Assembly: GCA_040389865.1 (NCBI GenBank)
Contig: JAZJZM010000014.1
Coordinates: forward strand, 39,531-103,530
DNA from: Bacteroidota bacterium
GTDB lineage: Bacteria > Bacteroidota > Bacteroidia > 2-12-FULL-35-15
Direction: 5' to 3'
DNA length: 64,000 bases
Below, in pieces: positions 47,401-57,655 of the stretch (positions are counted from its first letter, which is position 1; every line of letters starts with the position of its first letter). Made by a program: the position numbers and the translations under genes. Under the pieces are notes generated by a model that was not told the origin of the DNA, did no database searches, and saw only the letters and a list, made by a program, of their open reading frames with translations.

Positions 47401-50400
47401 TTCATTCGCTTCCGGCCATACTTTGTATTGATCATCTGAGTTGGTTCCATTGTAACTACCGGCAGCGGTTACAAGCATTGGGATATCATATTCGTAATAG
47501 TTATCGGTATAATCGGTACCTAAACGGATAAAAGTATGCAGATCGTTGTGATTCAAAATTTCAGCTGTATTGGCTGATGCTTCCGCATGAATATACATTA
47601 ATAATTTTTTGTATGAACGTACATCCAATTCCGTATTTTTAAAAGCAGCCCGAGCCTCTCCATCCTTTAGGTTGCACACTGTAAGTGACATCGCCTGTTC
47701 ATTTAAAGCAATTAAATTAGCTGATGCCGCATTTATTTCACGAGTGATATTTGGTGGTAAAACATAGTTTACCGGTTGTTTACTACCATCCACTTCAATA
47801 CTCACAGCCGAAACATCAAACTGAGTAATTGCCTCATCATTGGGAACATAAATACCGGGCTGCAATAGATCAAACCCATATTTCCGCCATTCGCCACGCA
47901 CCAACTCTAACCGTGCGAAACGCAAAATAATTGGTTTATCCACATTTTTATAGAACATACGAATAAAACGTATGGACTGGAAATTTTCAATTGACCCAAC
48001 CCTTTTTTCAGGTGTTTTAATTGGGATCCTGAATTGGTACCAGGTAATGGGTTTTGCAGTTCCGTCCTTAATGTTTTGCCCCGAAGTAGAGAACACATTT
48101 GTAATAAAATTAGTACCAACCCCTGAAGCAAAATCGCCTGGTTTTAAGCTGATATGATATTGGAAATAACTTTCCACTGTACTTAAGTTATTATCGCGGT
48201 TGATGTCCTCAACGTTGGGTGTTAAAGAAGCTGATGTAGGATAGCTTTCAGGCGATTGCTCTGTGGTACGGGAATTGTTTTCCATACCATTGAATTTTTT
48301 ATACCGCTCCACTGTTTTTACATTTGCCGCATCATAATCACTTCCCCTGAAATAATGAAAATCATCATTGGAAGGATCCGCACCGATTAAAGCAGCAGCA
48401 GCAGGTGTAACAACACCTGATAGGGAGCTTAAATAATTACCGAAAAAACTTTGTTCTGTAATACTTGTTGAAGCACCTACCCCATCTAAACCAACATCCT
48501 GAAAAGGGCGCTCAACGGGATCATTATTAAATGTATTTAAAAGTGGCTGTACAGCTGGCACAAGCCCCCAAGGCGTAGTAACAGTAGCGGCAGGGTTAAC
48601 GGTTGTTGGCAATCCATTTTCAGCACTTTTGTAGTTATCACGTAAAATATCTTCCGACACATTACCAATGTTAAAATACAATTCACCAGTTGTACTGGGT
48701 GCGGGATTATCAACATTAAAAGGATCCATAACCCAAAACTGGATGTATTCCACATTTGCAGTTTCAAAATCATTGGTTTGGATCGAGCGCATTATGCCTC
48801 CCCACCTTGTTTCCGGATCGTTCAAATTTCCATTTGCATCTAAACCTGCTGATATACCAGGGAGAGGAGCCACATCATAGTTATATGGTCCGCGCTCATT
48901 AGGGTAATAGGCCATATCTAAGGTTGCAATATTGGGTGGTATACCATTCGGAACCGGTTTGTTTGGAAAAACCTCCGTTTCAGGAACTTCACGGGCAAAG
49001 TTGTTCGACATGTCGGCATCTGTAATACCACCTGGCGTCAAACTTGTGGTTTGACGGAGAAACAAAGGATCAATAACATACCAGGCCAGCTTGGCGCGGT
49101 TGTATCCGTTAGGTAAGCTATCCGCCAGATTTCCTTCCGGGAACAAAGCCGTTTGTCCCTGAGGGGTACTTGCCAGTGTCCATGAGCTTTGTGAGCGCAG
49201 ATCTATGGTTGACTGGCTTCCTTCAAAATCATCAATGTATGAATTCCCCTTTTTACCAATTGCTTTACTGTGGCCCGGAATAAGGTATGCATATTCAGCG
49301 GCAGCAGTAATTGTACTCATTTCTTTGGTTTCAATAAAAGGAATTTTATCTACCCAACGTGTAAGGAAAGGGGCTTCCGTTCTATAATTACCATCTAACC
49401 CCACTATGGTATTTTTGATGGCCTCATCCCCAATGTTTACCTTTTGTGTCAATGGGCGTTCCGTTAAATTCATTACCGTCCCACCTATATTAAAATCTTT
49501 ATTAATTCTATAATCAAGGTGGGCAGCCATCAATGTTTTTTGCTGAATGGCAAATAGTGCATTACTCTCCAAAGCTATTTTAATAGGGGTTCCTGAGTTT
49601 AAAATACCATCATTAATAATTTTAACCCTTCCTAAGGTATAATCAACCGTATAATCAACGTTTTCGGTAAGCTTAACACCACCGGCAGTAACGGTTACAG
49701 AACCTTGCGGAACATTTGGCGCACCCAATGAAATATCGGAGCTGGAGGAGGATTGATACTGCCCTTTTAATTTGAAACGGTTCAATTGAGGGAATTGCTG
49801 GGCAACTATTCTTGTGGAATCGTATAACTGATCGAACACATAACTGTTTGCCACTGTACCGGGAGGAACAAATTTGGAACGTAAATAATCTCCAAATGGC
49901 TCTACAACTGGGAAGATCACACGTCCATTACTGGCATTGATCGTTACTCCATCAATAAAATCGAAAACACCATCCGCTATCTGGTCGGTCTGCTGATTGA
50001 GGCGATCCAAACTTAATACCTGGAGAAGGGTTCTTCCTTTGATAGCTGTTTCAGAAGCGGGAACCGGCAAATAATTAATATCGGTGCCGGTTTGCAAGTT
50101 ATTGTAAAGTACATTTAATTTAAAATCCTGCGGATTGATCTGATACGCACCAATGGAATATACGTTTTTCATCATCAAATTCCACATCGGATGTTTGGTA
50201 TTGGTTGCAGTACTTTTCAGCATCTTTGTATACAATGCTTTTGGGGCGCTTATCCCACCATCCGAAAACTCACCCACCTGGTAAACCTGCCCATTAATGG
50301 TATATTGGTAGGCCACAGAAAGTGCCTGATCGGGGTTTAATTGTTGATTTAAAGATACAAAACCCAATCTTGAATTTAAGGTGTATTCCGATGGCTGTAA

Positions 50401-51750
50401 TTTCCTTGCAGAAGCAGTTAATTCGTAGTTTATTGTTTGTTTAAGGGTGTTCCCCGAAAGCGTATTAAGTTTAGAAACAGTAGTATTGATGGTTCTTACA
50501 ACCGAGTCCCCCGAAAGGTTGCCATACAAATTATTTTGTCCGTTAAAAGGCAAAATTCCCGGATCGATATCACTCAGGTAGGTTTGATTAGCAGGAATAT
50601 GAGCAGCATCTTCGGCTAATTCAGAAAAAGAAACAATGCTTCGGATATCATTGGTTGAATTATTAGTATTGGAGATCCAAACTTCAATACGATTAATATT
50701 TACTTCCGAATTAACAAAAGGTAAACCTGACAAAGCGGTATTAAAATGATCACGAAAATAATGCGCTAAAAAAAAGTGTTTATTGGATTCATAAGCATCG
50801 CCTGCTACTTCAAACTTACTGATCTGGGCGCCACCGGTAACTTCCACCTCTGATTTCTTACCTTTTTGCTGTGAAAGTAAACCTGTAACAGTTAAGCGGC
50901 CAAACTGAAGCTGAGTTTTAACACCAAACAGTGTTTGGCTGCCGGTAATCAAAGATCCGTTCAAAGGCATGCTTACATTCCCTGCTTCAATTTTTTTAAT
51001 GATATCATCTTCCTCACCGGTGTATGCTAATTTCATTTGATTTTCAAAATCAAACATTGCTTCGGTGTTATAGGCCGTGGTTAACGTTAACTTAGTTCCA
51101 ATTTTACCTATTACATTCAACTGGATCCGTTCATTAAAATCGAATGTATTTACTTTCCGGTTCCTTTCCGGGATAGCAGGGTTTTCTGTTTTGGTTCCGT
51201 TATAGGCAAATATTAATTCGGCCGAACCGTTGGGGCGGATATCAACCGTATTACCACCAAATATCCGATCAAAAATTTCTCCCCCTACATTTAATTTAGG
51301 GATAGTAGGTTTACTCTGATTGTTTTGAGTTTCGGCATCTGAACGGGCATTCCAATAGTTTTTTACCTGTTTTTTAAACATGTAATCCTGATATTCCTCG
51401 CTCTCCATGTATGTAGGAGGGCGATAATTAGCACCACCTATTTTTTGGCCAATATTATAATTTCCCGTAGTGGGGTCATATTCAACATCTGTTGTAACGT
51501 TGGAAGGATTGTTTAGCATCAATCCACCTGAATTGGGATAATTCAAGGGGTCTCCGGTTGATTGATCCTGAAAACTATAAGGAAGAACAACAGGGGTTTG
51601 AGGAGTATCAACAACAAAGAGAGGTTGCTTCGCGTCAATAATAGCCGCGTGATTAAAGGAACTAACCTTTGCATCAGTGCCTACAATGAGCGACAGCAAT
51701 CCAATAGAAAGCCCTCCTATACCTATATATTTAGTTACGGTTTTTGTCAA
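44497..51750 (-). CDS. sprA: T9SS/gliding-motility cell-surface translocon protein SprA
   Basis: 2417-aa beta-rich giant ORF with an N-terminal signal/TM. Conserved ruvA-sprA synteny of Bacteroidota. Confidence 0.85.
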   Translation of the reverse strand: MTKTVTKYIGIGGLSIGLLSLIVGTDAKVSSFNHAAIIDAKQPLFVVDTPQTPVVLPYSFQDQSTGDPLNYPNSGGLMLNNPSNVTTDVEYDPTTGNYNIGQKIGGANYRPPTYMESEEYQDYMFKKQVKNYWNARSDAETQNNQSKPTIPKLNVGGEIFDRIFGGNTVDIRPNGSAELIFAYNGTKTENPAIPERNRKVNTFDFNERIQLNVIGKIGTKLTLTTAYNTEAMFDFENQMKLAYTGEEDDIIKKIEAGNVSMPLNGSLITGSQTLFGVKTQLQFGRLTVTGLLSQQKGKKSEVEVTGGAQISKFEVAGDAYESNKHFFLAHYFRDHFNTALSGLPFVNSEVNINRIEVWISNTNNSTNDIRSIVSFSELAEDAAHIPANQTYLSDIDPGILPFNGQNNLYGNLSGDSVVRTINTTVSKLNTLSGNTLKQTINYELTASARKLQPSEYTLNSRLGFVSLNQQLNPDQALSVAYQYTINGQVYQVGEFSDGGISAPKALYTKMLKSTATNTKHPMWNLMMKNVYSIGAYQINPQDFKLNVLYNNLQTGTDINYLPVPASETAIKGRTLLQVLSLDRLNQQTDQIADGVFDFIDGVTINASNGRVIFPVVEPFGDYLRSKFVPPGTVANSYVFDQLYDSTRIVAQQFPQLNRFKLKGQYQSSSSSDISLGAPNVPQGSVTVTAGGVKLTENVDYTVDYTLGRVKIINDGILNSGTPIKIALESNALFAIQQKTLMAAHLDYRINKDFNIGGTVMNLTERPLTQKVNIGDEAIKNTIVGLDGNYRTEAPFLTRWVDKIPFIETKEMSTITAAAEYAYLIPGHSKAIGKKGNSYIDDFEGSQSTIDLRSQSSWTLASTPQGQTALFPEGNLADSLPNGYNRAKLAWYVIDPLFLRQTTSLTPGGITDADMSNNFAREVPETEVFPNKPVPNGIPPNIATLDMAYYPNERGPYNYDVAPLPGISAGLDANGNLNDPETRWGGIMRSIQTNDFETANVEYIQFWVMDPFNVDNPAPSTTGELYFNIGNVSEDILRDNYKSAENGLPTTVNPAATVTTPWGLVPAVQPLLNTFNNDPVERPFQDVGLDGVGASTSITEQSFFGNYLSSLSGVVTPAAAALIGADPSNDDFHYFRGSDYDAANVKTVERYKKFNGMENNSRTTEQSPESYPTSASLTPNVEDINRDNNLSTVESYFQYHISLKPGDFASGVGTNFITNVFSTSGQNIKDGTAKPITWYQFRIPIKTPEKRVGSIENFQSIRFIRMFYKNVDKPIILRFARLELVRGEWRKYGFDLLQPGIYVPNDEAITQFDVSAVSIEVDGSKQPVNYVLPPNITREINAASANLIALNEQAMSLTVCNLKDGEARAAFKNTELDVRSYKKLLMYIHAEASANTAEILNHNDLHTFIRLGTDYTDNYYEYDIPMLVTAAGSYNGTNSDDQYKVWPEANEMVLEFGKLSSAKQQRNLAVGNTSISEYTVMDGNRKITVKGNPNLSAIKTIMIGIRNPKKEGIDGGDDGLSKCAQVWVNELRLSDFDESGGGAATARVTAKLADFGTLSLSGNYYAPGFGSLENKVSERKRATLKQYDITSSFELGKFLPDDFKIHVPMYVGYSESYITPQYNPLDPDILLAPVLKDPTIPAAIRDSVKLATQDYTQRKSINFTNVKKEKGKGAKKSHIYDIENWAASYSFNQLYKRNVNLEYDSTRNYKAGLIYSFAPSPKNIRPFAKTKIVQAKSLLLIKDINFYLFPNKLGFSTDVERGYNTAKTRNTTEGEMLIIPTFNKRFTMNRSYDLKYDITKALKLDFVATNEARILEPQGAIDTQEKKDTLRDNFLGLGKTTQYNQQLNVNYAIPINKLPLLDFTTASVRYTGTYNWTRAPFNFDSLGNTIQNSRVIQFTGALNMVTLYNKIPYFKKINQGANKKTNKKVVVPPIKTKINPTPKDSTKKEREPSIALEYVARIIMSLKNVNITYSMNNGTILPGYSHFTNMMGMDPNFAGPTPGFIFGDQRDIRDDAVKNDWLVKTPSINTPYTRTSSDNLNIRANIEPIPNLKIEVTAVKTTSLNESEFFRWRVNDTLEDGSIGDRFKHQSAMQTGNFSMSFLAFGTSFKDGDSTFSRFLNGRSEISTRLGAENDSSFSTINGYAEGYNETSQDVLIPAFVAAYSGKNPITVGLNAFPTLPKPNWRITYDGLSKIESIKKYFKSITLSHAYRSTYNVSSYTSNLLFTDPDNDGYTGRKEAVSSIPTNRNFLAKDLINTITVSEQWSPLIKVDVTLNNSVLVNFEYKKDRNLSLGLTSKTITEVGGREIVIGTGYRLKDLSLGKRLQIKGKPIKSDLNMKVDLSFRKNETIIRRIVEEVSQSTGGTNIISIKVSADYVINERINIRLFYDRIINKPVVSNSFPTTNTNAGISLRLTLSN

Positions 51751-51914
51751 AACTTATAAATACTACTTTTTAGTAATTTTCATGCCATGGGCAATAATTT
51801 AGAAGTTCTGACAATTTCTATATTTTTTTTGAATCTTTAAAAGGCAAGTAATTGAATATGGCATATATCTTATTTTTCTTATCAGATTGATTTACAACCT
51901 GTTGGTTTGTTAAT

Positions 51915-52502
51915 TTATAAACTTTTAAGCGCTGCTTTTATAAGTTGTTCTACCGTTTGTCCGGTTCCTTCCGTTCTGATAATTTTGTCTAATGCTTTAT
52001 CTGCAGCTCCTTTGTTGAAGCCCAGCATAACAAGCGCAGATAACGCCTCTTCTTTTAAAATATTGTTTGAGGACACAAAAAATTCTGGTGATAAGCTTCC
52101 TTTGCCTATTTTATCTTTTAAATCAACGATGATACGCTGTGCCGTTTTTTCTCCAATACCTTTTACACTTTTAAGGAGTGTTACATTTCCGGTAGCAATG
52201 GCATTTTGTATTTCGGCTGCACTCAACGAAGAAAGCATTAGCAGTGCACTGGTACCTCCAACACCAGATACCGAAACTAACTGGCGGAACAGATTACGTT
52301 CGGCTATGTCAGCAAAGCCAAAAAAACGCGGCATATCATCGCGTATATAAACTTGTTCGGTAAATAATTTGCAATTTTCGCTGTCACCGATCTTTGTAAA
52401 GGTATTTAATGAAATTTGCATGATATACCCTACTCCCGATGCATCTATTACAGCATAAGTGGGTGTTTTCTCAACTAATTTTCCTTCTACGTGATAAATC
52501 AT
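51915..52502 (-). CDS. ruvA: Holliday-junction DNA helicase subunit RuvA
   Basis: 'MIYHVEGKL...DASGVGY' OB domain, tandem HhH 'LLSVSGVG' and 'LKSVKGIGEKTAQRI'. 195 aa. Confidence 0.9.
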   Translation of the reverse strand: MIYHVEGKLVEKTPTYAVIDASGVGYIMQISLNTFTKIGDSENCKLFTEQVYIRDDMPRFFGFADIAERNLFRQLVSVSGVGGTSALLMLSSLSAAEIQNAIATGNVTLLKSVKGIGEKTAQRIIVDLKDKIGKGSLSPEFFVSSNNILKEEALSALVMLGFNKGAADKALDKIIRTEGTGQTVEQLIKAALKSL

Positions 52503-52528
52503 TTTTTCATTTAATTAATATATTTAGA

Positions 52529-52646
52529 GTCAGGATTTAAGAATCAAGACGCAAGATGTTGTTCGTGTACTAAATTCATTTGTCTTAACTCTTGATTCTT
52601 AGATCTTGGTTCTTAGATCTTGGTTCTTAAATCTTAACTCTAACAT
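52529..52646. repeat. palindromic satellite built on 'tcttggttcttaga' units
   Basis: 'ttaagaatcaagac...gtcttaactcttgattcttagatcttggttcttagatcttggttcttaaatcttaactc'. Confidence 0.6.
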
Positions 52647-52647
52647 A

Positions 52648-54918
52648 TTACTTCCTCGACTGAGCATCCACAACCGCAATGGTGATCATATTCACAATTT
52701 CTCTTACAGAACTTCCTAATTGTAAAATGTGAACCGGTTTTTTCATTCCAATTAAAATTGGTCCAATTGCTTCGGCACCACCTAATTCCTGCATTAGTTT
52801 GTAGGCAATATTTCCTGAAGCTAAATTCGGAAAAATGAGTGTGTTTACTTTTTTATCAACCAGATCGGAGAATGGAAACTGTTCTTTTAATAATTCGTTG
52901 TTAACAGCAAAATTCGCCTGCATTTCACCATCCACAATTAATCCGGGGTAATTCTTATGAAGGATCTCCGTTGCATCACGCATTTTGTTTGGCACTTCAC
53001 CATCCGTTGATCCGAAATTAGAATAGGATAATAATGCAATGCGTGGCGTAATGTTAAATTGTTTTACACTGTTGGCTGTAAGTACCGTAATATCTACCAG
53101 ATCCTGAACGGAAGGATTTACATTCATGGTGGTATCTGCAAAAAAGAATGGTCCCCGTTTGGTGTTCAGAATATACATCCCTGCCACACGACTTGTACCT
53201 TCCTGCACTCCAATAATTTGCAATGCGGTGCTGATAGGGTCTCCGTACTTGCGGGTAAGTCCTGAGATCAATGCATCAGCAGCACCTGTTTCCACCATCA
53301 TGGCACCAAAATGATTTCGCTCACGCATTATTTTACGTGCTTCGTACTGAGTAAAACCTCTGCGTTTACGCTTGTTAAAGAAGATATCTCCAAACGCGAT
53401 CCTTCTGTCCTCTTCCGAAGCACTTCTTGGGTCAATAATGGTAATGTCGGCTAAACCCAAATTGTGCTCTTCTATTAACTTTTTGATCTTTTCAACATCG
53501 CCCAACAATATTGGTTTTGCAATACCCTCATCTGCAACTTGTTGAGCTGCTTTTAAAATTTTATAATGATCGGCCTCCGCAAATACCACACGTTTAGGGT
53601 TTTGTTTTGCTTTGTTGGTAAGGCTTCTGATAAGTTTACTATCAAGCCCCAAACGATTGATCAATACTTGTTTGTAAGCATCCCAATCCGTTATTTTATG
53701 CTGTGCCACACCTGATTCAATAGCCGCTTTGGCAACAGCTGGTGCAACCGTGTATATTAATCGTGAATCAATTGGTTTAGGGATAATGTATTGAGGACCA
53801 AAAGTTATATTCTTCGAATCATAGGCTAAGTTTACAGCGTCAGGCACCGGTTCCTTTGCCAGTTGCGCAATGGCATACACTGCTGCAAGCTTCATTTCTT
53901 CATTAATTTGAGTAGCACGCACATCCAGGGCGCCACGGAAAATGAAAGGAAAACCAAGCACATTGTTCACCTGGTTAGGATGATCGCTTCTGCCGGTTGC
54001 CATAATGATATCAGGTCGGGCTGCTATTGCATCCGCATAAGGTATCTCAGGATCAGGGTTGGCCAAAGCAAATACAATTGGGTTATTTGCCATGGATTGA
54101 ATCATTTGTTGATCCACAACATTGCCTTTGGAAAGACCAATAAATACATCGGCACCTTTGATTGCCTCTGCAAGCGTTTTTGCTTTTGTGGTGGAGGAAG
54201 CAAAAAACTGTTTTTGTATATCTAAATCAGTACGATCAGTACTCAACACTCCTTTGCTGTCGAGCATTACAATGTTTTCCTTTTTAGCACCAACTGCAAT
54301 ATAAAGCTTAGCACATGAAATGGCAGAAGCTCCTGCACCATTCACTACTATTTTTACTTTTTCAATTTTTTTCTTTGCAACTTCACAAGCATTTAATAGT
54401 GCCGCAGATGAAATAATGGCTGTACCATGCTGATCATCATGCATCAATGGAATGTTTAATTCTTCTTTTAATCTGCGTTCGATCTCAAAGCATTCCGGTG
54501 ATTTAATATCTTCTAAATTTATACCTCCGAATGTTGGTGCTATTGCTTTAACAGTGTTTACAAATAGATCAATATCGGTTGCATCTACTTCAATGTCGAA
54601 TACATCAATATCGGCAAAAATTTTAAAAAGTAATCCTTTACCTTCCATAACCGGTTTTGATGCCAGAGCACCAATATTACCAAGTCCGAGAACGGCAGTA
54701 CCGTTTGATATTACAGCTACTAAATTACCTTTGGCTGTGTATTTATATGCATCTTCCGGATTTTTTTCAATTTCTAAACAAGGCTCTGCAACGCCCGGTG
54801 AATATGCTAATGATAAATCGCGCTGTGAACTATGTGGTTTTGTTGGTACAACTTCAATCTTCCCCGGTTTGCCTTGTGAATGATAATCTAATGCTTCCTG
54901 CTTTCTTAATTTTGACAT
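52648..54918 (-). CDS. maeB: NADP-dependent malic enzyme (malic enzyme + phosphate-acetyltransferase-like domain)
   Basis: 756 aa. 'MSKLRKQEALDYH', NAD(P)-binding 'VVNGAGASAI', C-terminal PTA-like domain. Confidence 0.9.
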   Translation of the reverse strand: MSKLRKQEALDYHSQGKPGKIEVVPTKPHSSQRDLSLAYSPGVAEPCLEIEKNPEDAYKYTAKGNLVAVISNGTAVLGLGNIGALASKPVMEGKGLLFKIFADIDVFDIEVDATDIDLFVNTVKAIAPTFGGINLEDIKSPECFEIERRLKEELNIPLMHDDQHGTAIISSAALLNACEVAKKKIEKVKIVVNGAGASAISCAKLYIAVGAKKENIVMLDSKGVLSTDRTDLDIQKQFFASSTTKAKTLAEAIKGADVFIGLSKGNVVDQQMIQSMANNPIVFALANPDPEIPYADAIAARPDIIMATGRSDHPNQVNNVLGFPFIFRGALDVRATQINEEMKLAAVYAIAQLAKEPVPDAVNLAYDSKNITFGPQYIIPKPIDSRLIYTVAPAVAKAAIESGVAQHKITDWDAYKQVLINRLGLDSKLIRSLTNKAKQNPKRVVFAEADHYKILKAAQQVADEGIAKPILLGDVEKIKKLIEEHNLGLADITIIDPRSASEEDRRIAFGDIFFNKRKRRGFTQYEARKIMRERNHFGAMMVETGAADALISGLTRKYGDPISTALQIIGVQEGTSRVAGMYILNTKRGPFFFADTTMNVNPSVQDLVDITVLTANSVKQFNITPRIALLSYSNFGSTDGEVPNKMRDATEILHKNYPGLIVDGEMQANFAVNNELLKEQFPFSDLVDKKVNTLIFPNLASGNIAYKLMQELGGAEAIGPILIGMKKPVHILQLGSSVREIVNMITIAVVDAQSRK

Positions 54919-54935
54919 CTTTCTAAAATTTTATG

Positions 54936-54992
54936 AATTGCGAATATAGGAAACTTCCTACGAATTACGAATAAAAAACGAATTACGAATAT
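54936..54992. repeat. 'ttcgtaa/ttacgaa' word element
   Basis: 'gaattgcgaatataggaaacttcctacgaattacgaataaaaaacgaattacgaatatg'. Confidence 0.6.
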
Positions 54993-55101
54993 GTATGTTT
55001 TTAAATGGGGCGCTACTTTACAGCGCTTGTGTATGGTAAGGGCTGGATTTGTGAAGGTCGAACTTAGTCACATCATTCTTTTTTGAAAAAAAACCAAACA
55101 A

Positions 55102-55130
55102 AAACCCCACCTTTTGAGATGGGGTTTTTG
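55102..55130 (-). terminator. intrinsic terminator (bidirectional)
   Basis: 'aaacccca ccttttgaga tggggttt' with T-runs on both strands. Confidence 0.65.
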
Positions 55131-55158
55131 GTACTAAAAACAGTAAAAACAGAAAAGG

Positions 55159-56121
55159 TTAATACGGTAAAACAACCTGTTGAGGCACATTATTAATATC
55201 AACCCAGTTGAACTTATAACCAAAAGGACATCCTGAGGTCATAACATTACCAAAAAGATCCACACCATAGGTTGTAGTAAGCGTGAATGCTGTTGTGTAA
55301 CTCACAACAACGCCTGGCATTGGTCTGTACAAACAAACAGAACCTGCCATGTAATAGGAAATAGAAGTAGGTATGTCAACAGTAAAAGGTTGACCTAATC
55401 TGTTAGTCCCCCAAACAGCTGCATGGCTATAAGAACCAAAAGTAGTATCTCCGGCAATGGTATTTGTGATCAAACCAAGTGCATGGGTAAATGTTCTTGT
55501 TTTTGCAACCATCCATGTGCGGGTGGTTCCATCGTCAAAAGTTATTACCATATTTGCTCTTACCTGATGAACAATTGTATTACCCATTAAAAGTTGTACA
55601 ATTCCACCTCCATTAACATTTTTAATACTGTGGAAACCATTAAAGGTGAGAGATTTATTATCAGAAAGGCGGGTAACCTTATAATTGTTGAAGGTAATGA
55701 TCGCTCTGGCACCAACTGTTGTCCAGGTAGTTACTATTCCATTATAGGGAAGTTGAATAACGATAGAACCTGTACGTGATGTCAGGTTCAGGCAATCGTT
55801 ACCGGTATACGTTAAGGTGATCTTACCTACAGATGCCATAGAAGTATCAACGGTCATATTACAAACAGCTTGCACATCTCTGGTTTGAGAACAATCCTGC
55901 ATAGCGTTGATCGCATCATCCATTGCACGGTTACTTTCACTATCGAAACTGTTCTGATCCTTAGCTTTTTGAGTCTGTTGAGAAGTGCTACCATCCGGAG
56001 TTGGCTGAGTAACAGGTGTTGGCGTTGGGATTTGAGCCTCCTCCTTTTTACATCCTGCTATTGTTAATCCAATAAATGCAATAGCTAAAACAAGTTTAAA
56101 GATCGATTTTTTTGTGTTCAT
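55159..56121 (-). CDS. lipoprotein of unknown function (tandem paralog 1)
   Basis: Lipobox 'LTIAGCKKEE'. 320 aa, beta-rich. Shares 'TFNGFHS', 'ITFDDGTTRTW' and a C-terminal '...LPY' with 56347-57297. Confidence 0.6.
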   Translation of the reverse strand: MNTKKSIFKLVLAIAFIGLTIAGCKKEEAQIPTPTPVTQPTPDGSTSQQTQKAKDQNSFDSESNRAMDDAINAMQDCSQTRDVQAVCNMTVDTSMASVGKITLTYTGNDCLNLTSRTGSIVIQLPYNGIVTTWTTVGARAIITFNNYKVTRLSDNKSLTFNGFHSIKNVNGGGIVQLLMGNTIVHQVRANMVITFDDGTTRTWMVAKTRTFTHALGLITNTIAGDTTFGSYSHAAVWGTNRLGQPFTVDIPTSISYYMAGSVCLYRPMPGVVVSYTTAFTLTTTYGVDLFGNVMTSGCPFGYKFNWVDINNVPQQVVLPY

Positions 56122-56287
56122 GATTTTTTGAGTTTTTTATGGTGCTTTAAGTCGAAAAAAAGGTTTTAAGTATAAGCGAAATTATAGAAAAAACAATTAC
56201 TGCACAAATATATTTTTTTGATTTATAACAAGTTACAACTAATTAAGGGCTGCTACTGATTAGCATTTTCGAAAAATTGAGCAAACA

Positions 56288-56316
56288 AAACCCCCATTTT
56301 TTTGGGAATGGGGGCT
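56288..56316 (-). terminator. intrinsic terminator
   Basis: 'cccccatt tttttggg aatggggg' with a T-rich tail on the minus strand. Confidence 0.6.
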
Positions 56317-56346
56317 TGCTTTAAAAGGCAGAATTAATATATTATC

Positions 56347-57297
56347 TTAATATGGTAGAATAAGTTGTTGGTTTGCGCCATTACCATCTGTCCAGGAGAA
56401 TTTGTATCCAAAAGGACAAGAGGTTGCAGTATAACCGCTTGCATCAACACCATACGTAAGAGTAAGTTGGTGAGCAACACCGTAATGTACAATAACTCCG
56501 GTTAAGGGCTTATAAATACAATTTGTTATTGGATTATTTATGTCATAGGAAAAAGATGTTGGCATATCAATAATAAAACTTTCTCCTATTCTGTTTACTC
56601 CCCAAAATGCAACATTATTATGCCCACTTATAGCTGTATCTCCAATTGTGGAAGCTTTAAGCACTTCAGTTACATTATTGTAGTTTAGTGTTCTTTTCAC
56701 TTTGGCATTCCACAAACGAGTAGTACCATCGTCAAATGTTAACTGTATATTTGCCCGTACTTCATGAACAATTGGAGTCCCGAAATATAGTTGGATCCAT
56801 CCCCCTCCATTCACATTTGTAACGCTATGAGTGCCATTAAAAGTAAGAGATTTATTATTCGATACGTACGTAACTTTGTAGTTATTAAACGTAAGTTTTG
56901 CAATAGCACCGGCAGTTGACCAGGTGGTTATAATACCATTGGAATATGGAAGCTGCACAGTGATAGAGCCGGTACGAATTTTACCGGAACAAGCTGTACC
57001 ATCATAATTCAATGTGATTTTACCAATACTTTTGTAAGTTGAATCGATGGTCATACCACAAGATTGTACACTTCTTGTTGTTGACACAGCTCCTAAGGCT
57101 GAATTGGCTTCATCCATCGCCTGATTAGATTCATTCTCTGTATTTGACTGGTCGGATGCTCTTGTAGTTTGGCTTGCATTTTCAGCAGGAGTTACTATTG
57201 GAGCTACTGGCTCTTCCTCCTTTTTACAGCCTACTATTAAGAAGGCAGCAAAAGCAACCGCAACAATACTCTTAAAAATTGTTTTGTTTGTTTTCAT
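56347..57297 (-). CDS. lipoprotein of unknown function (tandem paralog 2)
   Basis: Lipobox 'LIVGCKKEE'. 316 aa, about 45% identical to paralog 1. Confidence 0.6.
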   Translation of the reverse strand: MKTNKTIFKSIVAVAFAAFLIVGCKKEEEPVAPIVTPAENASQTTRASDQSNTENESNQAMDEANSALGAVSTTRSVQSCGMTIDSTYKSIGKITLNYDGTACSGKIRTGSITVQLPYSNGIITTWSTAGAIAKLTFNNYKVTYVSNNKSLTFNGTHSVTNVNGGGWIQLYFGTPIVHEVRANIQLTFDDGTTRLWNAKVKRTLNYNNVTEVLKASTIGDTAISGHNNVAFWGVNRIGESFIIDMPTSFSYDINNPITNCIYKPLTGVIVHYGVAHQLTLTYGVDASGYTATSCPFGYKFSWTDGNGANQQLILPY

Positions 57298-57655
57298 GTT
57301 TTTTTATTTTTTTTAAGTTAAAAAAGCTAATTTGAAATATTGATAAGGCCGGAGTTTTTTCTTATTCTAAAATTTAAGATGTTATTTAAAATAACATCGT
57401 TGTTGAGCAAATTTATGTAATCATTAGTTATTAAACAAATAAATAAGTGTTATTTGATTTAGTGATTTACTATTAGAGTTTACATATTTAAGATGCATTC
57501 CACTATTTACAAAGAAAATCTTCAACAAAAACGCTTACACACATTTTCTCGACAAGCTCGAAATGACAGCGCAGTGGGCATTTATAACTCATAGAGAATG
57601 AGCGTTGATTTCATTACAAACTAAATAAATAACGTTTATTGTTTAATTTTCAATG

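Noticed and set aside
44855-50619. Multiple 60-80-aa ORFs on both strands inside sprA
   Set aside because: They lie entirely within the 7.2-kb sprA reading frame and have no independent support.
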